Shown: piece by piece, positions 1-9,847 of the stretch
Layout of the letters: every line of letters starts with the position of its first letter
How positions within the stretch are numbered: position 1 is the stretch's first letter
NCBI GenBank assembly: GCA_029560465.1
Contig: JAKQKX010000045.1
Span: 152,260 to 216,259 of the forward strand
Length of the DNA stretch: 64,000 nucleotides
Direction: 5' to 3'
From: Candidatus Omnitrophota bacterium
Lineage (GTDB): Bacteria > Omnitrophota > Gorgyraeia > Zapsychrales > JANLHA01
Position numbers and translations under genes: made by a program
The notes under the pieces: model-generated
What the model was told of the DNA's origin: nothing
Databases searched by the model: none
The model's input: the letters and a program-made list of their open reading frames with translations, nothing else

Positions 1-213
1 TGTGTCGTCCACCCCTCCGGTGTCCAGGAAGACCACCGGGCCGACGGGGATCAACTCCATCACTTTTTCAACAACGTCCGTTGTGGTCCCTGGGATGCTG
101 GACGTTATGGCGACGTCCTGTCCCGCGACCATATTCAGGAAACTGGATTTCCCGACGTTCGTTCGTCCGAACAAGCCTAATTGCAACCTTAACGATTTTG
201 GAGTCCTTGTCAT
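1..213 (-). CDS. hydF: [FeFe]-hydrogenase maturation GTPase HydF, N-terminal part (runs off window)
   Basis: Not in the ORF track. Manual translation from ATG 213: MTRTPKSLRLQLGLFGRTNVGKSS...PGTTTDVVEKVMELIPVGPVVFLDTGG, with G1/G2/G3 motifs typical of HydF; lies downstream of hydA. Confidence 0.9.
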   Translation of the reverse strand, partial: MTRTPKSLRLQLGLFGRTNVGKSSFLNMVAGQDVAITSSIPGTTTDVVEKVMELIPVGPVVFLDTGGVDDT

Positions 214-262
214 CTTTCATGTCCTCTCGGATAAAAAACATTATACGCACCGTCAATACGGG

Positions 263-661
263 TTATTTCACATATTTTTCAACGGCTGCCAGAAATTTCT
301 CCGGCTGAATCGGTTTTTCAATCACCGCTTTGACCGGCAACCAGACCTCATCCGGTTCATATTTAAACATCACTCCCGTCTCCTTGCGGATCCCCGTCAC
401 CACAATGACCGGGATATTCCTGGTGGAGGGCTCTTCGTGCAGACGGCGGGAAATATCAAAGCCTTCCGTCTCATGCGTCATCATGACATCCAGAAGGATA
501 AGGTTCGGATTCTCTGTTTTGGCCTTTTGAAAGCCCAATTCACCGTTAATGGCGTGAATCAATGTGTACCCTTTTGTGGCAACAAGGTCGGTCACGGCTT
601 GCGCAAAATCCTGGTCGTCATCAACCATCAATATTTTCTTTGCCATTCTGTCCTCCTTCAT
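263..661 (-). CDS. Stand-alone response regulator receiver (REC) protein
   Basis: KKILMVDDD...LILLDVMM...VVTG...EKP with all phospho-acceptor residues; no output domain. Confidence 0.9.
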   Translation of the reverse strand: MKEDRMAKKILMVDDDQDFAQAVTDLVATKGYTLIHAINGELGFQKAKTENPNLILLDVMMTHETEGFDISRRLHEEPSTRNIPVIVVTGIRKETGVMFKYEPDEVWLPVKAVIEKPIQPEKFLAAVEKYVK

Positions 662-2403
662 TTTTTATATTCTGGCCTCGGAATATATTTCGTATGCAGC
701 AGGTGATGCGCCTTTTCGCCCAGAGGCTCTTGCAAAAATTCGGCGTAAAGCTGCTTAATATAAGGATTCTCATGGCTGTAACGCACGCTGCACTGTTCGT
801 CATCATCATACAATCCTTGAGCCCTGGCCGCCCGCACTTCGTCGTTCACGCCATAAGGCTGCCCGCCACCGCCGACGCATCCGCCCGGGCAGGCCATGAC
901 CTCAATAAAATGGTACGGAACCGGTTCGCCCTTCTTTTGCGCCGTACGGACTTTATCTAACACATACTCCACGTTCAACAACCCGTGAGCCACCGCAATT
1001 TTTACCTCGGTGCCATGGATGAAAACCGAAGTTTCCTTCACGCCTTTCAGCCCCCGGACATTGCGGAAATTAACATCCTTAAGATTTTCTTTCGTGATAA
1101 GATAATACGCCGTGCGTAACGCGGCCTCCATCACTCCCCCCGTGGCGCCGAAAATGACCCCGGCCCCGGAATAATCCCCCATCAGATGGTCCGGGTCTTC
1201 CTCCGGGAGCTCATTAAAATCAATCCCCATCTGTTTAATCATACGGATTAATTCCCTCGTCGTCAAGACGATATCCGTATCCTGGAATCCAGAGGCAGAC
1301 ATATCATTGCTGCGGGTGATCTCGTATTTCTTGGCGGTGCAGGGCATGATCGACACCATAAAAATCTTGGCCGGATCTATCCCTGCCTTCTGGGGATAAT
1401 ACGTCTTCGCCAGCGTCCCCATCATGCCCTGGGGCGACTTGGCCGAGGAGAAATGCTCGATCATGTCGGCCTGAAATTTCTCCATAAAATCCACCCAGGA
1501 CGGGCAGCACGTGGTGATAAGAGGCAGCGGCCCTTTTTTATAAAGGAACCGCTCCACAAATTCGCTGGCCTCCTCCATAATGGTGACATCCGCCGAAAAA
1601 TTCGTATCAAAAACCGCCTTAAACCCCATGCGCCGCAGGAGCGCATAAATTTTCCTGGTCAGGTTCGTCCCCGGGGGAAACCCGAACCCTTCTCCAAGGG
1701 CGACCCGCACAGAAGGGGCGATCTGGACAATGCAGATTTTATCAGGATCCTGCAGGGCGTCCCAAACCTGTTTCGTCTGGTCGTGTTCAAAAATCGCGCC
1801 GGTCGGGCAATGTGCGGAGCACTGGCCGCAGCGGACGCAAGGCGAATCACTCAAGCGGATGTCTCCAGCCGGAGCGAAACGGGTGTTCACCCCCCTTTCC
1901 AGGAACGACAGGGCCCAAACGTTCTGGGTCTCCTGGCAGACGCTCACACAACGGCCGCATTTGATACACTTGCTCGGCTCCAGGACAAGCGTCCCCGTGC
2001 TGGTGTCTTTCGGGATATCCCGGATGATCTTGTCAAAAGATTCCTCCCGGATCCCGAAATCCGCCATAATTGTCTGCAACTCACAATTTTTATTGCGGCC
2101 GCAGATCAGGCAGTCGTTCGGATGATTGGATAAAATCATTTCTATGACCGTGCGCCGTACCGCAACGATTTCCGGATCATGGGTGATGATATCCATCCCG
2201 TCTTCAATCGGCGTACAACAGGACCGCAGCATCTTCGCCGTCCCTTTCACTCTGACAATACAGATCCCGCAGGCCGCCGTCGGCTTGATGTCAGGATGGT
2301 AACACAACGTCGGGATCTTCACCTGAATAAGCTTAGCGGCTTCCAGGATCGTCATCCCCGGCTCAAACTCCACAGGGATATTATTAATAACCGCTTTTCC
2401 CAT
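658..2403 (-). CDS. hydA: [FeFe]-hydrogenase catalytic subunit (HydA/HndD type, group A)
   Basis: H-cluster motifs TTCCPSW, MPCTAKKYE, EVMACPGGCVGGGGQP; N-terminal 2Fe-2S, His-ligated 4Fe-4S (HPNDCLIC) and 2x4Fe-4S domains. Confidence 0.95.
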   Translation of the reverse strand: MGKAVINNIPVEFEPGMTILEAAKLIQVKIPTLCYHPDIKPTAACGICIVRVKGTAKMLRSCCTPIEDGMDIITHDPEIVAVRRTVIEMILSNHPNDCLICGRNKNCELQTIMADFGIREESFDKIIRDIPKDTSTGTLVLEPSKCIKCGRCVSVCQETQNVWALSFLERGVNTRFAPAGDIRLSDSPCVRCGQCSAHCPTGAIFEHDQTKQVWDALQDPDKICIVQIAPSVRVALGEGFGFPPGTNLTRKIYALLRRMGFKAVFDTNFSADVTIMEEASEFVERFLYKKGPLPLITTCCPSWVDFMEKFQADMIEHFSSAKSPQGMMGTLAKTYYPQKAGIDPAKIFMVSIMPCTAKKYEITRSNDMSASGFQDTDIVLTTRELIRMIKQMGIDFNELPEEDPDHLMGDYSGAGVIFGATGGVMEAALRTAYYLITKENLKDVNFRNVRGLKGVKETSVFIHGTEVKIAVAHGLLNVEYVLDKVRTAQKKGEPVPYHFIEVMACPGGCVGGGGQPYGVNDEVRAARAQGLYDDDEQCSVRYSHENPYIKQLYAEFLQEPLGEKAHHLLHTKYIPRPEYKK

Positions 2404-2433
2404 AATGACTCCTTCTACCCGGGATGCCCGGGC

Positions 2434-4242
2434 CTATCGATCAATCGCTTTAAATTTACACACCTCATAACACTGCCCGCAATGGATGCATTTCTCCTGA
2501 TGAATCAAATACGGCTCCTCACGGCTGCCGGTGATCGCCCCAGCGGGGCAATGGCGCAGGCATAACCCGCAGCGCTTGCAACGCTCGCTCACAATGACAT
2601 AATGATAAAGCCCCCGGCATTTACCCGCCGGGCAGGTTTTATCATGCACATGGCGGTCATATTCCTCTTTAAAATACTTCAGCGTGGACAGGACCGGATT
2701 GGCAGCGGTTTGCCCGAGCCCGCACAGCGACGCCTTCTGCATGGCCAGCGAAAGCCGGCGCAACTTCGCGATGTCGTCCTCCTCGGCCTTCCCTTCGGCG
2801 ATCTTCTCAAGGATCCTCAGCATTTGAGTTCCCCCGATCCGGCAGGGGGCGCACTTCCCGCAGGACTCCTCGACGCAAAAACCCAAATAAAATTTGGCGA
2901 TATCGATCATGCAGTCATCTTCGTCCATGACAATCATCCCTCCGGACCCCATAATCGAGCCCAGCTTCTGAAGATTCTCATAATCAACGGGGGTATCAAG
3001 CAGGTGCGCCGGGATGACTCCGCCCGAAGGGCCACCGGTCTGCACCGCTTTGATTTGCTTGTCATTCAAAATCCCTCCCCCGATATCGTAAACGATCTCC
3101 CGGATGGTCATCCCCATGGGCACTTCAATCAGTCCGGTGTTCTTCACTTTCCCGGTCAGGGCAAAGACCTTGGTCCCTTTCGATTTCTCGGTACCGATCG
3201 ACGCAAACCAGCTGCCGCCGTTATGAATAATCGCCGGGATATTCGCCAGCGTTTCAACGTTATTGATCACAGTCGGTTTTCCCCACAACCCTTTAACCGA
3301 CGGATAGGGAGGCCGCGGGACAGGGCAGCCCCGTTTACCTTCGATAGAAGCGATCAGCGCCGTCTCTTCCCCGCAAACAAACGCGCCCGCGCCCAAACGG
3401 ACTTCCAAATTAAAAGAAAAAGACGTCCCGAGGATATTCTGCCCCAGAAACTTCCTGTCCCGTGCCTGCTCGATGGCCTTGCTGATCCGTTTAATCGCCA
3501 GCGGATATTCCGCCCGGATATAAAGGAAACCCTTGGTCGCCCCGACGGTATAACCGGCAATCATCATCCCTTCCAGCACGGAGTGCGGGTCCCCCTCGAG
3601 GACACTGCGGTCCATGTAAGCCCCCGGGTCCCCCTCGTCGCCATTACAGATAATATATTTCTGATCCGCTTCGACTTTTCTGGCGAAATTCCATTTCATC
3701 CAGGTCGGGAACCCCCCGCCGCCCCTTCCCCTCAGGCCGCTGGTTTTCAACTCTTCAACCACGTCCTCCGCCGAATAATCTTTCAACACTTTCTTAAACG
3801 CGGCATAGCCGTCATGATCAATATAATCGTCAATATTTTCGGGATCAATCACCCCGCAGTTCCGAAGCACGATCCGCACCTGCTTGGGGGAGACTTCCAT
3901 GACATACTTCTTAAGGGCCTCATGCGAGGGATTCGCCTCCACGATGTGCTTCTGCAAGATTTCAAGCGCAATAGACGGAGTCACCCCCCCGTACAAAATC
4001 CGGGGCCCCCCGGGAGAGGAGACCTCCATCAAAGGTTCGGCATAACACATCCCGGCACAACCGCACTGCGTCAGGGAAACTTCGAGCCCTTGCGCCGCGA
4101 TCTCTTTTTCTAAAGCCTTAAAAACATCTCTGGCTCCGGCGGCAATTCCGCAGGAGCTCAGGCCGACCGCGATTTTGTTTATTTTTTTGTTCTTTGCGGC
4201 ATTCGAGTCCGCTGAACGGACAGAAAATTTCATAAACTTCAC
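2434..4242 (-). CDS. hydB: NuoF-like FMN/NAD(P)H-binding hydrogenase subunit (HydB/HndC)
   Basis: SGLRGRGGGGFPT, GDEGDPGAYMDRS, GAGAFVCGEETAL, ESCGKCAPCRIG; N-terminal thioredoxin-like 2Fe-2S domain and C-terminal 2x4Fe-4S. Confidence 0.95.
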   Translation of the reverse strand: MKFMKFSVRSADSNAAKNKKINKIAVGLSSCGIAAGARDVFKALEKEIAAQGLEVSLTQCGCAGMCYAEPLMEVSSPGGPRILYGGVTPSIALEILQKHIVEANPSHEALKKYVMEVSPKQVRIVLRNCGVIDPENIDDYIDHDGYAAFKKVLKDYSAEDVVEELKTSGLRGRGGGGFPTWMKWNFARKVEADQKYIICNGDEGDPGAYMDRSVLEGDPHSVLEGMMIAGYTVGATKGFLYIRAEYPLAIKRISKAIEQARDRKFLGQNILGTSFSFNLEVRLGAGAFVCGEETALIASIEGKRGCPVPRPPYPSVKGLWGKPTVINNVETLANIPAIIHNGGSWFASIGTEKSKGTKVFALTGKVKNTGLIEVPMGMTIREIVYDIGGGILNDKQIKAVQTGGPSGGVIPAHLLDTPVDYENLQKLGSIMGSGGMIVMDEDDCMIDIAKFYLGFCVEESCGKCAPCRIGGTQMLRILEKIAEGKAEEDDIAKLRRLSLAMQKASLCGLGQTAANPVLSTLKYFKEEYDRHVHDKTCPAGKCRGLYHYVIVSERCKRCGLCLRHCPAGAITGSREEPYLIHQEKCIHCGQCYEVCKFKAIDR

Positions 4243-4263
4243 CTTTCTGCTGGGGTATCAGCC

Positions 4264-5118
4264 TTATTCATATTGTGATAGAATGTCAACAATATCCTTC
4301 TTATTGACCTTCCCGTATATTTTGTCATCAATCATCATGACGGGAGAAAGGCCACAGCACCCTAAGCACCGGACGGGTTGAATGAAAAAAAGCCCGTCCG
4401 GCGTGGTTTCGCCCTCATTCACATGCAGGAACTCCTTCAGTTCCTGAAGGAGTTCCGCCCCGCCTTTCAAATAACAGGCCGTTCCAATACACACGGAAAT
4501 CAAATGTTTTCCAGGCGGCGTCAATTTAAAATAATTATAAAAAGTGATCACTTCATAGATACGGGCCAACGGGATGTCCAGGATGCGGCTCAACTCAAAC
4601 GACACTTCCCGGGGTATGTAGCCGTGGATGTTCTGAATTTCATGCAGGATCATAATCAGGTTGCCGTCCATGCCCTTCCATTTGGAAGCGATGTCAGCAA
4701 TTCCGCCGACAAATTGGCGATGCTCCTCTCCGGAACGACGGATAAACATCTGCACGACTTTGAGCAGACGTTCTGGAGTCACCGGTTTTTCCAACACCAT
4801 CTTCACAGGCAGCGCCTGCTCATCCGGCTTGAGTTCAACGGGGAAACTTTTGTCCCGCTTCGCCCCGGTAATCATAACCACCGGGATATCCTGAACCGCC
4901 GCGTCCAGGGCGAACGCCTTGGCGGTTTCCGCTCCTTCCGTCTCATACGTCATCATCATGTCCAGCAGGACCAAATCCGGAGAGACGTCTTTCACCTTTT
5001 GAAAACCTTCCAGGCCATTCGTTGCGGAGAGCACCTCGTAACCGCTCGCTTCCAGCAGGAGTGTGGTCGCCTCAAGAAAATCCTGGTCATCGTCAATAAG
5101 CAAAATTTTGTTTTTCAT
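4264..5118 (-). CDS. hydC: Fusion of a REC domain and NuoE-like 2Fe-2S subunit (HydC/HndA)
   Basis: About aa 1-125 receiver (ILLIDDD, VLLDMMM, ITG, EKP); C-terminal LHEIQNIHGYIP...TFYNYF...CIGTACYLKG...RCLGCCGLSP is NuoE-like. Confidence 0.9.
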   Translation of the reverse strand: MKNKILLIDDDQDFLEATTLLLEASGYEVLSATNGLEGFQKVKDVSPDLVLLDMMMTYETEGAETAKAFALDAAVQDIPVVMITGAKRDKSFPVELKPDEQALPVKMVLEKPVTPERLLKVVQMFIRRSGEEHRQFVGGIADIASKWKGMDGNLIMILHEIQNIHGYIPREVSFELSRILDIPLARIYEVITFYNYFKLTPPGKHLISVCIGTACYLKGGAELLQELKEFLHVNEGETTPDGLFFIQPVRCLGCCGLSPVMMIDDKIYGKVNKKDIVDILSQYE

Positions 5119-5142
5119 AACAAACCTCTTCTATGGTTATTT

Positions 5143-6978
5143 TTATGCTGAGGGAATCGTAAATCGGAACTGGTTCCCTTCCAACCCCGGCTCAACGGTT
5201 AATGTCCCGCCGTGCCGCAGAATGATCTCTTTCGTAATAAAAAGGCCGATCCCTGTCCCCTTCACTTTTTCCATTCCCCGGTAAACCACGCGCGAAAATT
5301 TTTTAAACAACTTTTGCCTGTCGACTTCCGCGATCGGCATCCCGTCATTGTAAACGGTAACTTCCACACCGTTATCGACGGCGTGCGCCCGGACACGGAT
5401 TTCTCCGTTTTCCTTGCCGTACTTCACCGCGTTGCTCAAGAGGTTGTTAACAACAATCTGCATGAGGCCGGGATCCGCGTGAATCATAAGATCCTGGGGA
5501 ACGTCGCAAGAGATCCTCATCTTCTTTTCGTCCGCCTGCTGGGTGAACGTGTCGACCGCGCTTTCCAGGACATGCTCTTTAAGCAGGATATCCTGTTTAT
5601 CGATCGTCATTTCATCCTTCTCGATACGGCTGAGGTTCAAAAAATTCTTGACCGTGATCGCGAGATAATCCAAGTTCCGGGCCATGGACTTCAAAACCCG
5701 GCTTTGTCTTTCGTTCACCGGCCCCAGGATGCCTTTCTGCAACAAATAGGTATTCAGGACGATCGAGGACAGGATCCCCTTCAGTTCATGCGACACAAAG
5801 CCGATCAGGTCCAGATAACGCTTGTTCAGCACAGCCAACTTGTCATTGGTTTCCGCCAGGGTCTGCTCCCGCTCCGAAAGTTTTTCAATCATGTCGTCAA
5901 AGGCCAGAGTTAACGTCTTGACTTCTTTAATATTAGAGTCGGCCGGGACCAGGGTTTTCATGTCTCCCTGTGCGATTTTTTTGCTCTTCTCCGCCAAGGC
6001 GGTCAAAGGCCGGATCATAACATTCGTCAATAAAAACGAAACCCCCAACGTGGGCAAAGCCGTCAAAAGGATGATGGTCAAGAGGCTCAAAAACATCCTG
6101 TTTTGAACCGCGACAAACGGCTTTTCCAGGATCCCGACGTAAAGAATCCCGATAATCTTCCCCCGGATATCTTTGATCGGCTCATAGGCCGTCAAGTACC
6201 AGTCGGTGACCACAAAGGCCCGGTCACTCCAGGTCTTCTTCTGTTCCACGACTTTATGATACACTTCCTCGGAAACTTGCGTGCCGATCGCCCGGCGCCC
6301 ATCATCGTCCAGGACATTCGTCGCCACGCGGATATCACCCTGAAAGATAGTGACGGTTCCAACCGGTTTGCCTTCGTATAATTCCCGGTCAAAGACCGCA
6401 TTGTTGATCCGGTCAATCAAGGCAAAATTTTTATTGATGATCCAACCGCCGCACAGGACTTTATCGATCCGCCCTTGGTGATCCAAAAACGGCCGGGCAT
6501 ACTCAAGCCCTAGCGCCGTGTCCAAAACCTTGACATCAGATTTACGGGCCTTGGGGGTGATCTGTCGGACCTTGATCGTGAAATCCTGGGGCTGCTCTTT
6601 TAATTCCGCGGAAGACAACACCCGGGTCCCCCCAAACGTGCGGCCCTCCTGAAACGCGGCCTGGACGATTTCGCTAGGAAAAGTTTGGGCCCGGTCGCGG
6701 TCAATCCAGTACAGATAATCTAAATGTAAACTGTTTTTTAAAGCCTGAATATCGTCATCCCTTTCAATCAGGGTAAACGTCAGGGCGATTGATTTCAGAT
6801 AATCCTCATAAACACTCCGGACCGTTTTTAATTTCTGCTGCACTTCCTTTTGCGCTTCATCAACGACAGCCGTCTTAAGCACAAAAAAACTGTACAGGGA
6901 CATGCAAACGCCCCAAAAAATGATCAACGCCAGTAAAAGCAGGACAATATACGTTCGCAGACGGATAACGGCCTTCAT
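5143..6978 (-). CDS. Membrane sensor histidine kinase (Cache, HAMP, HisKA, HATPase)
   Basis: Two TM segments; Cache motif TVTIFQGDIRVATNV...YLTAYEPI; H-box FVSHELK; N-box NLLSNAVKY; G-box GTGIGL. Confidence 0.93.
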   Translation of the reverse strand: MKAVIRLRTYIVLLLLALIIFWGVCMSLYSFFVLKTAVVDEAQKEVQQKLKTVRSVYEDYLKSIALTFTLIERDDDIQALKNSLHLDYLYWIDRDRAQTFPSEIVQAAFQEGRTFGGTRVLSSAELKEQPQDFTIKVRQITPKARKSDVKVLDTALGLEYARPFLDHQGRIDKVLCGGWIINKNFALIDRINNAVFDRELYEGKPVGTVTIFQGDIRVATNVLDDDGRRAIGTQVSEEVYHKVVEQKKTWSDRAFVVTDWYLTAYEPIKDIRGKIIGILYVGILEKPFVAVQNRMFLSLLTIILLTALPTLGVSFLLTNVMIRPLTALAEKSKKIAQGDMKTLVPADSNIKEVKTLTLAFDDMIEKLSEREQTLAETNDKLAVLNKRYLDLIGFVSHELKGILSSIVLNTYLLQKGILGPVNERQSRVLKSMARNLDYLAITVKNFLNLSRIEKDEMTIDKQDILLKEHVLESAVDTFTQQADEKKMRISCDVPQDLMIHADPGLMQIVVNNLLSNAVKYGKENGEIRVRAHAVDNGVEVTVYNDGMPIAEVDRQKLFKKFSRVVYRGMEKVKGTGIGLFITKEIILRHGGTLTVEPGLEGNQFRFTIPSA

Positions 6979-7631
6979 GCTTTGCCCCCCCGATTATTCA
7001 GGGCATTAACAAAATACAACAGGAATTCCAGTTCAACCCCTAAATTCACGTCATGGATAACGCATGACCGTTGAGCCATAAGATGAACCGGGGCAAAATT
7101 CAACACGCCTTCAACCCCTCCCCGGACCATAACGTCCAAAACCAGTTGTGCCGCGTCAGCCGGAACCGCAAGGATGCCCACTTTAATATTGCGGTTGGAA
7201 ATATAGCCCTCGCATTCTGAGAATGGATAAACCGGGATATTCCCCTGAACACCGCATTTCACGGGATCAATGTCAAACCCCGCTCTTATACAGATCCCCT
7301 CTTTTTCAAACCCTTTATAATTGCTGAGGGCAATCCCCAAGTGTCCCATGCCGGCTATTATAACATCCTGACCGGGTTGGGAACCGAGAATTCTCTGAAT
7401 TATACCCAAAAGATCAGAGACACTATAACCGCCTCTTTTGTTCCCCATGATGCCAAATAACGAAAAATCCTTCCGCACTTGCGCGGCCGTAATCCCGATC
7501 GCGTCTGCCAGTTCATTAGAGTAAACCCGGTCAGAACCGGAAGCTAAAACTTTCTTAAGCACATATTTATATTGCACCAACCGAGGGATACTATTTTTAT
7601 TAACTCCTGCGATCTTCTGAGGCAAATTCAT
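6975..7631 (-). CDS. rex: Redox-sensing transcriptional repressor Rex
   Basis: IPRLVQY...SNELA...AQVRKDFSLFG...RGGY winged helix; GMGHLG Rossmann motif; GVLNFAP. Confidence 0.95.
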   Translation of the reverse strand: MNLPQKIAGVNKNSIPRLVQYKYVLKKVLASGSDRVYSNELADAIGITAAQVRKDFSLFGIMGNKRGGYSVSDLLGIIQRILGSQPGQDVIIAGMGHLGIALSNYKGFEKEGICIRAGFDIDPVKCGVQGNIPVYPFSECEGYISNRNIKVGILAVPADAAQLVLDVMVRGGVEGVLNFAPVHLMAQRSCVIHDVNLGVELEFLLYFVNALNNRGGKA

Positions 7632-7646
7632 TTTCTTGGCCCCTTT

Positions 7647-7664
7647 TTGTGAAAACTATCACAT
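7647..7664. promoter_or_regulatory. Rex operator
   Basis: TTGTGAAAACTATCACAT matches consensus TTGTGAA-N4-TTCACAA (2 mismatches), 16 bp upstream of the rex ATG. Confidence 0.8.
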
Positions 7665-7804
7665 AAAAAGAAAAAAAAGAAACCGATTTATGACATATCG
7701 GTTTTTATGCCAAATAAAAATTGATAATATGATATCTTATTTTCTAATTATTGCAACAGATTTTAATCAGTAATATTTCGGTTATAAAATATACCTGAAA
7801 CGTC

Positions 7805-8725
7805 TCACAACCGTTGCAAAAACGACGTTAAATTAATTTTTTGATGGGACAGACCCAGCTTGCGCCGGATATTTTTCCGGTGCATTTCTATGGTGTTAAA
7901 CGACAGTCCCAACAACCCGGCCATTTCTTTCCCGCTCAAGCCGCTTTTAATCATATGACAAATCTCAATTTCCCGGGTCGTCAACCCATATCCAGGACAG
8001 GACAATTTCCTGCCAAAAGCCGACGTCATCTGTTCAAGAGCTTGCTGAAGAAGAATAAGATTTTTTTCTGATTTATTTTTGAGTTTTATCTTTTTAACCA
8101 TGGGTAATAAAACATGCTGGACATTCCCCATCACGTTTTCCTGGATCTTTCTTTTTTCCGTCTCGACCTGTTCCAGGATATCCTGCAAATCCACGTTCTT
8201 CTGTTCCAAAGCCGCCTTCTGCTTCCCAAGGCGCTGTTCCGACTCTTTTAACGCCGCTTCCACCTTTTTAATATCTGTGACATCCCGGATAATTTCAATC
8301 GCCCCGACAACCTGTCCACCGGGGTCACGCAAAAGACTGGCTCGTCCCCAAATGAACACGTTTTTCCCCTTCAGGCGGGCAGTCGTGGTCTCCGCTTCCA
8401 GGGCGTCTATCGTCTTCTTCGTAATCCGATAACGCTGCGCAACTTCTTCTTGCCCCTCCAGGAGAAGATCAATGAGAATCGGGCGGCGCTGGCCGTAGAA
8501 AGGAAGCGCGTATTCATAGCGCCCTTTCCCCAGGATCGCTGCCCGGGGCACCCCGGTTAACCGTTCCATTTCCCGATTCCAGGCGACCACGATTTTCTCC
8601 CGGTCAATAACAAAACAGGAATCCGGAAGACAATCCACAAAATTAGAGAATGGCCCGGAAAAATCCTGAAAGGCTTCCGGACACGGGGACTTCCGTTTCG
8701 ACTTTTTAAGCATCGGCTTAAGCAT
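7805..8725 (-). CDS. PAS/PAC and LuxR-type HTH transcriptional regulator
   Basis: PAS (LPDSCFVIDRE...WNREMERLTG...IRDVTD), coiled coil, C-terminal LTTREIEICHMIKSGLSGKEMA...HRKNIRRKLG. Confidence 0.9.
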   Translation of the reverse strand: MLKPMLKKSKRKSPCPEAFQDFSGPFSNFVDCLPDSCFVIDREKIVVAWNREMERLTGVPRAAILGKGRYEYALPFYGQRRPILIDLLLEGQEEVAQRYRITKKTIDALEAETTTARLKGKNVFIWGRASLLRDPGGQVVGAIEIIRDVTDIKKVEAALKESEQRLGKQKAALEQKNVDLQDILEQVETEKRKIQENVMGNVQHVLLPMVKKIKLKNKSEKNLILLQQALEQMTSAFGRKLSCPGYGLTTREIEICHMIKSGLSGKEMAGLLGLSFNTIEMHRKNIRRKLGLSHQKINLTSFLQRL

Positions 8726-8743
8726 GCGCGTTTATCTTACCGC

Positions 8744-9751
8744 TTACGGCAAGGCGGTTTTGTGAGAATCTTGAATATTATATAAAGCGTTAAAAAGCAA
8801 GACATCAACATATGTCTGCAATAACGCCTGGGCGGTTTCGTCCTCCAGCAGGCCCTTCGCCTTATCACGATAATATTGGCGGATATCCTGGAATGAAGCC
8901 CCTCCGCCAGAGGGGAAAGCCTCCTGTATTCGGCTCATATCGTCTTTGAGCTGATGAAGTGTCCCTTGGGGGATGCCCATCGGCTCGCAATAAATTTCAA
9001 CCCAACGAAAATACTCCGCCAAAGGCTGCCGCACGCCTTCAGTATCCCCCTCTTTAATCGCCCGGAGGATCCTTTCGCTTAAAACAAACGCGTGCCCCTG
9101 GTAGCCTGTCTTGACCATGTCTTCGTAGGTTTCCTGTTCCCCGGGAGACATCCCCTCTCCCTTGCGCAATAACTGCAGCCCCTGATAAAACTCCCCTTTC
9201 TGCATCAAATCTGACGATTCTTTGAAAGCCTGCGCGTAGGGGCTGCTGTCTGCTCGGGACATGTCCCGGAGCCTGCCAAGCTGAGTGAGTCCAGTCACCT
9301 TTGTCATCGTCAGCCAGTTAAAAACCCCGACCACAACCGCCAAAGACACCATCATAGGGAACCCGAGCCGCCGGGTCGCGGCGGGATGCCATAGGACGTG
9401 TTTCATCCGCATCCCCTCCAATATTTTTTTATGAATGGTGTAGATTTTAAAAAACACAAAAATATTCAAGCCCGGGAAAAACATCAACACCGTCCATAGA
9501 CCCGGCGACAGCGCCGTGTTCCCGCTCTTGTAAAAACCGGCGGTCAACTGATGGGCATAGAAAAGCAGGTTGAAAAGGATGAACACAAAAAATACGGCGA
9601 CAACCGGGCGTTCCGATGGGCTGAACCCCCGCACGATGGAAAAAATCACGAGTCCCGCGGCAAAGACAGCATATAAAAAAAAGGCTTTAAGGAAATCCCC
9701 CCATATTTTAATATAATTATCTTTATCAAACGTCGTGGTATTATTGATCAT
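8744..9751 (-). CDS. Hypothetical membrane protein (about 4 N-terminal TM, helical C-terminus)
   Basis: 335-aa ORF with SD GAGGGGG; hydrophobic N-terminal half. Confidence 0.7.
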   Translation of the reverse strand: MINNTTTFDKDNYIKIWGDFLKAFFLYAVFAAGLVIFSIVRGFSPSERPVVAVFFVFILFNLLFYAHQLTAGFYKSGNTALSPGLWTVLMFFPGLNIFVFFKIYTIHKKILEGMRMKHVLWHPAATRRLGFPMMVSLAVVVGVFNWLTMTKVTGLTQLGRLRDMSRADSSPYAQAFKESSDLMQKGEFYQGLQLLRKGEGMSPGEQETYEDMVKTGYQGHAFVLSERILRAIKEGDTEGVRQPLAEYFRWVEIYCEPMGIPQGTLHQLKDDMSRIQEAFPSGGGASFQDIRQYYRDKAKGLLEDETAQALLQTYVDVLLFNALYNIQDSHKTALP

Positions 9752-9847
9752 ACCCCCTCATTTCATGACCCGCCTCACCATGCCCGTTCCCCATGTTTCA
9801 TGCCGGATTATGGAATTCCCAGGACCCGCGGACACACAACGCCCGGC

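Noticed and set aside
2602-4113. 503-aa plus-strand ORF, and similar ones such as 2..706, 4378..5151 and 59389..60186
   Set aside because: Antisense shadows of well-supported minus-strand genes; no recognisable motifs
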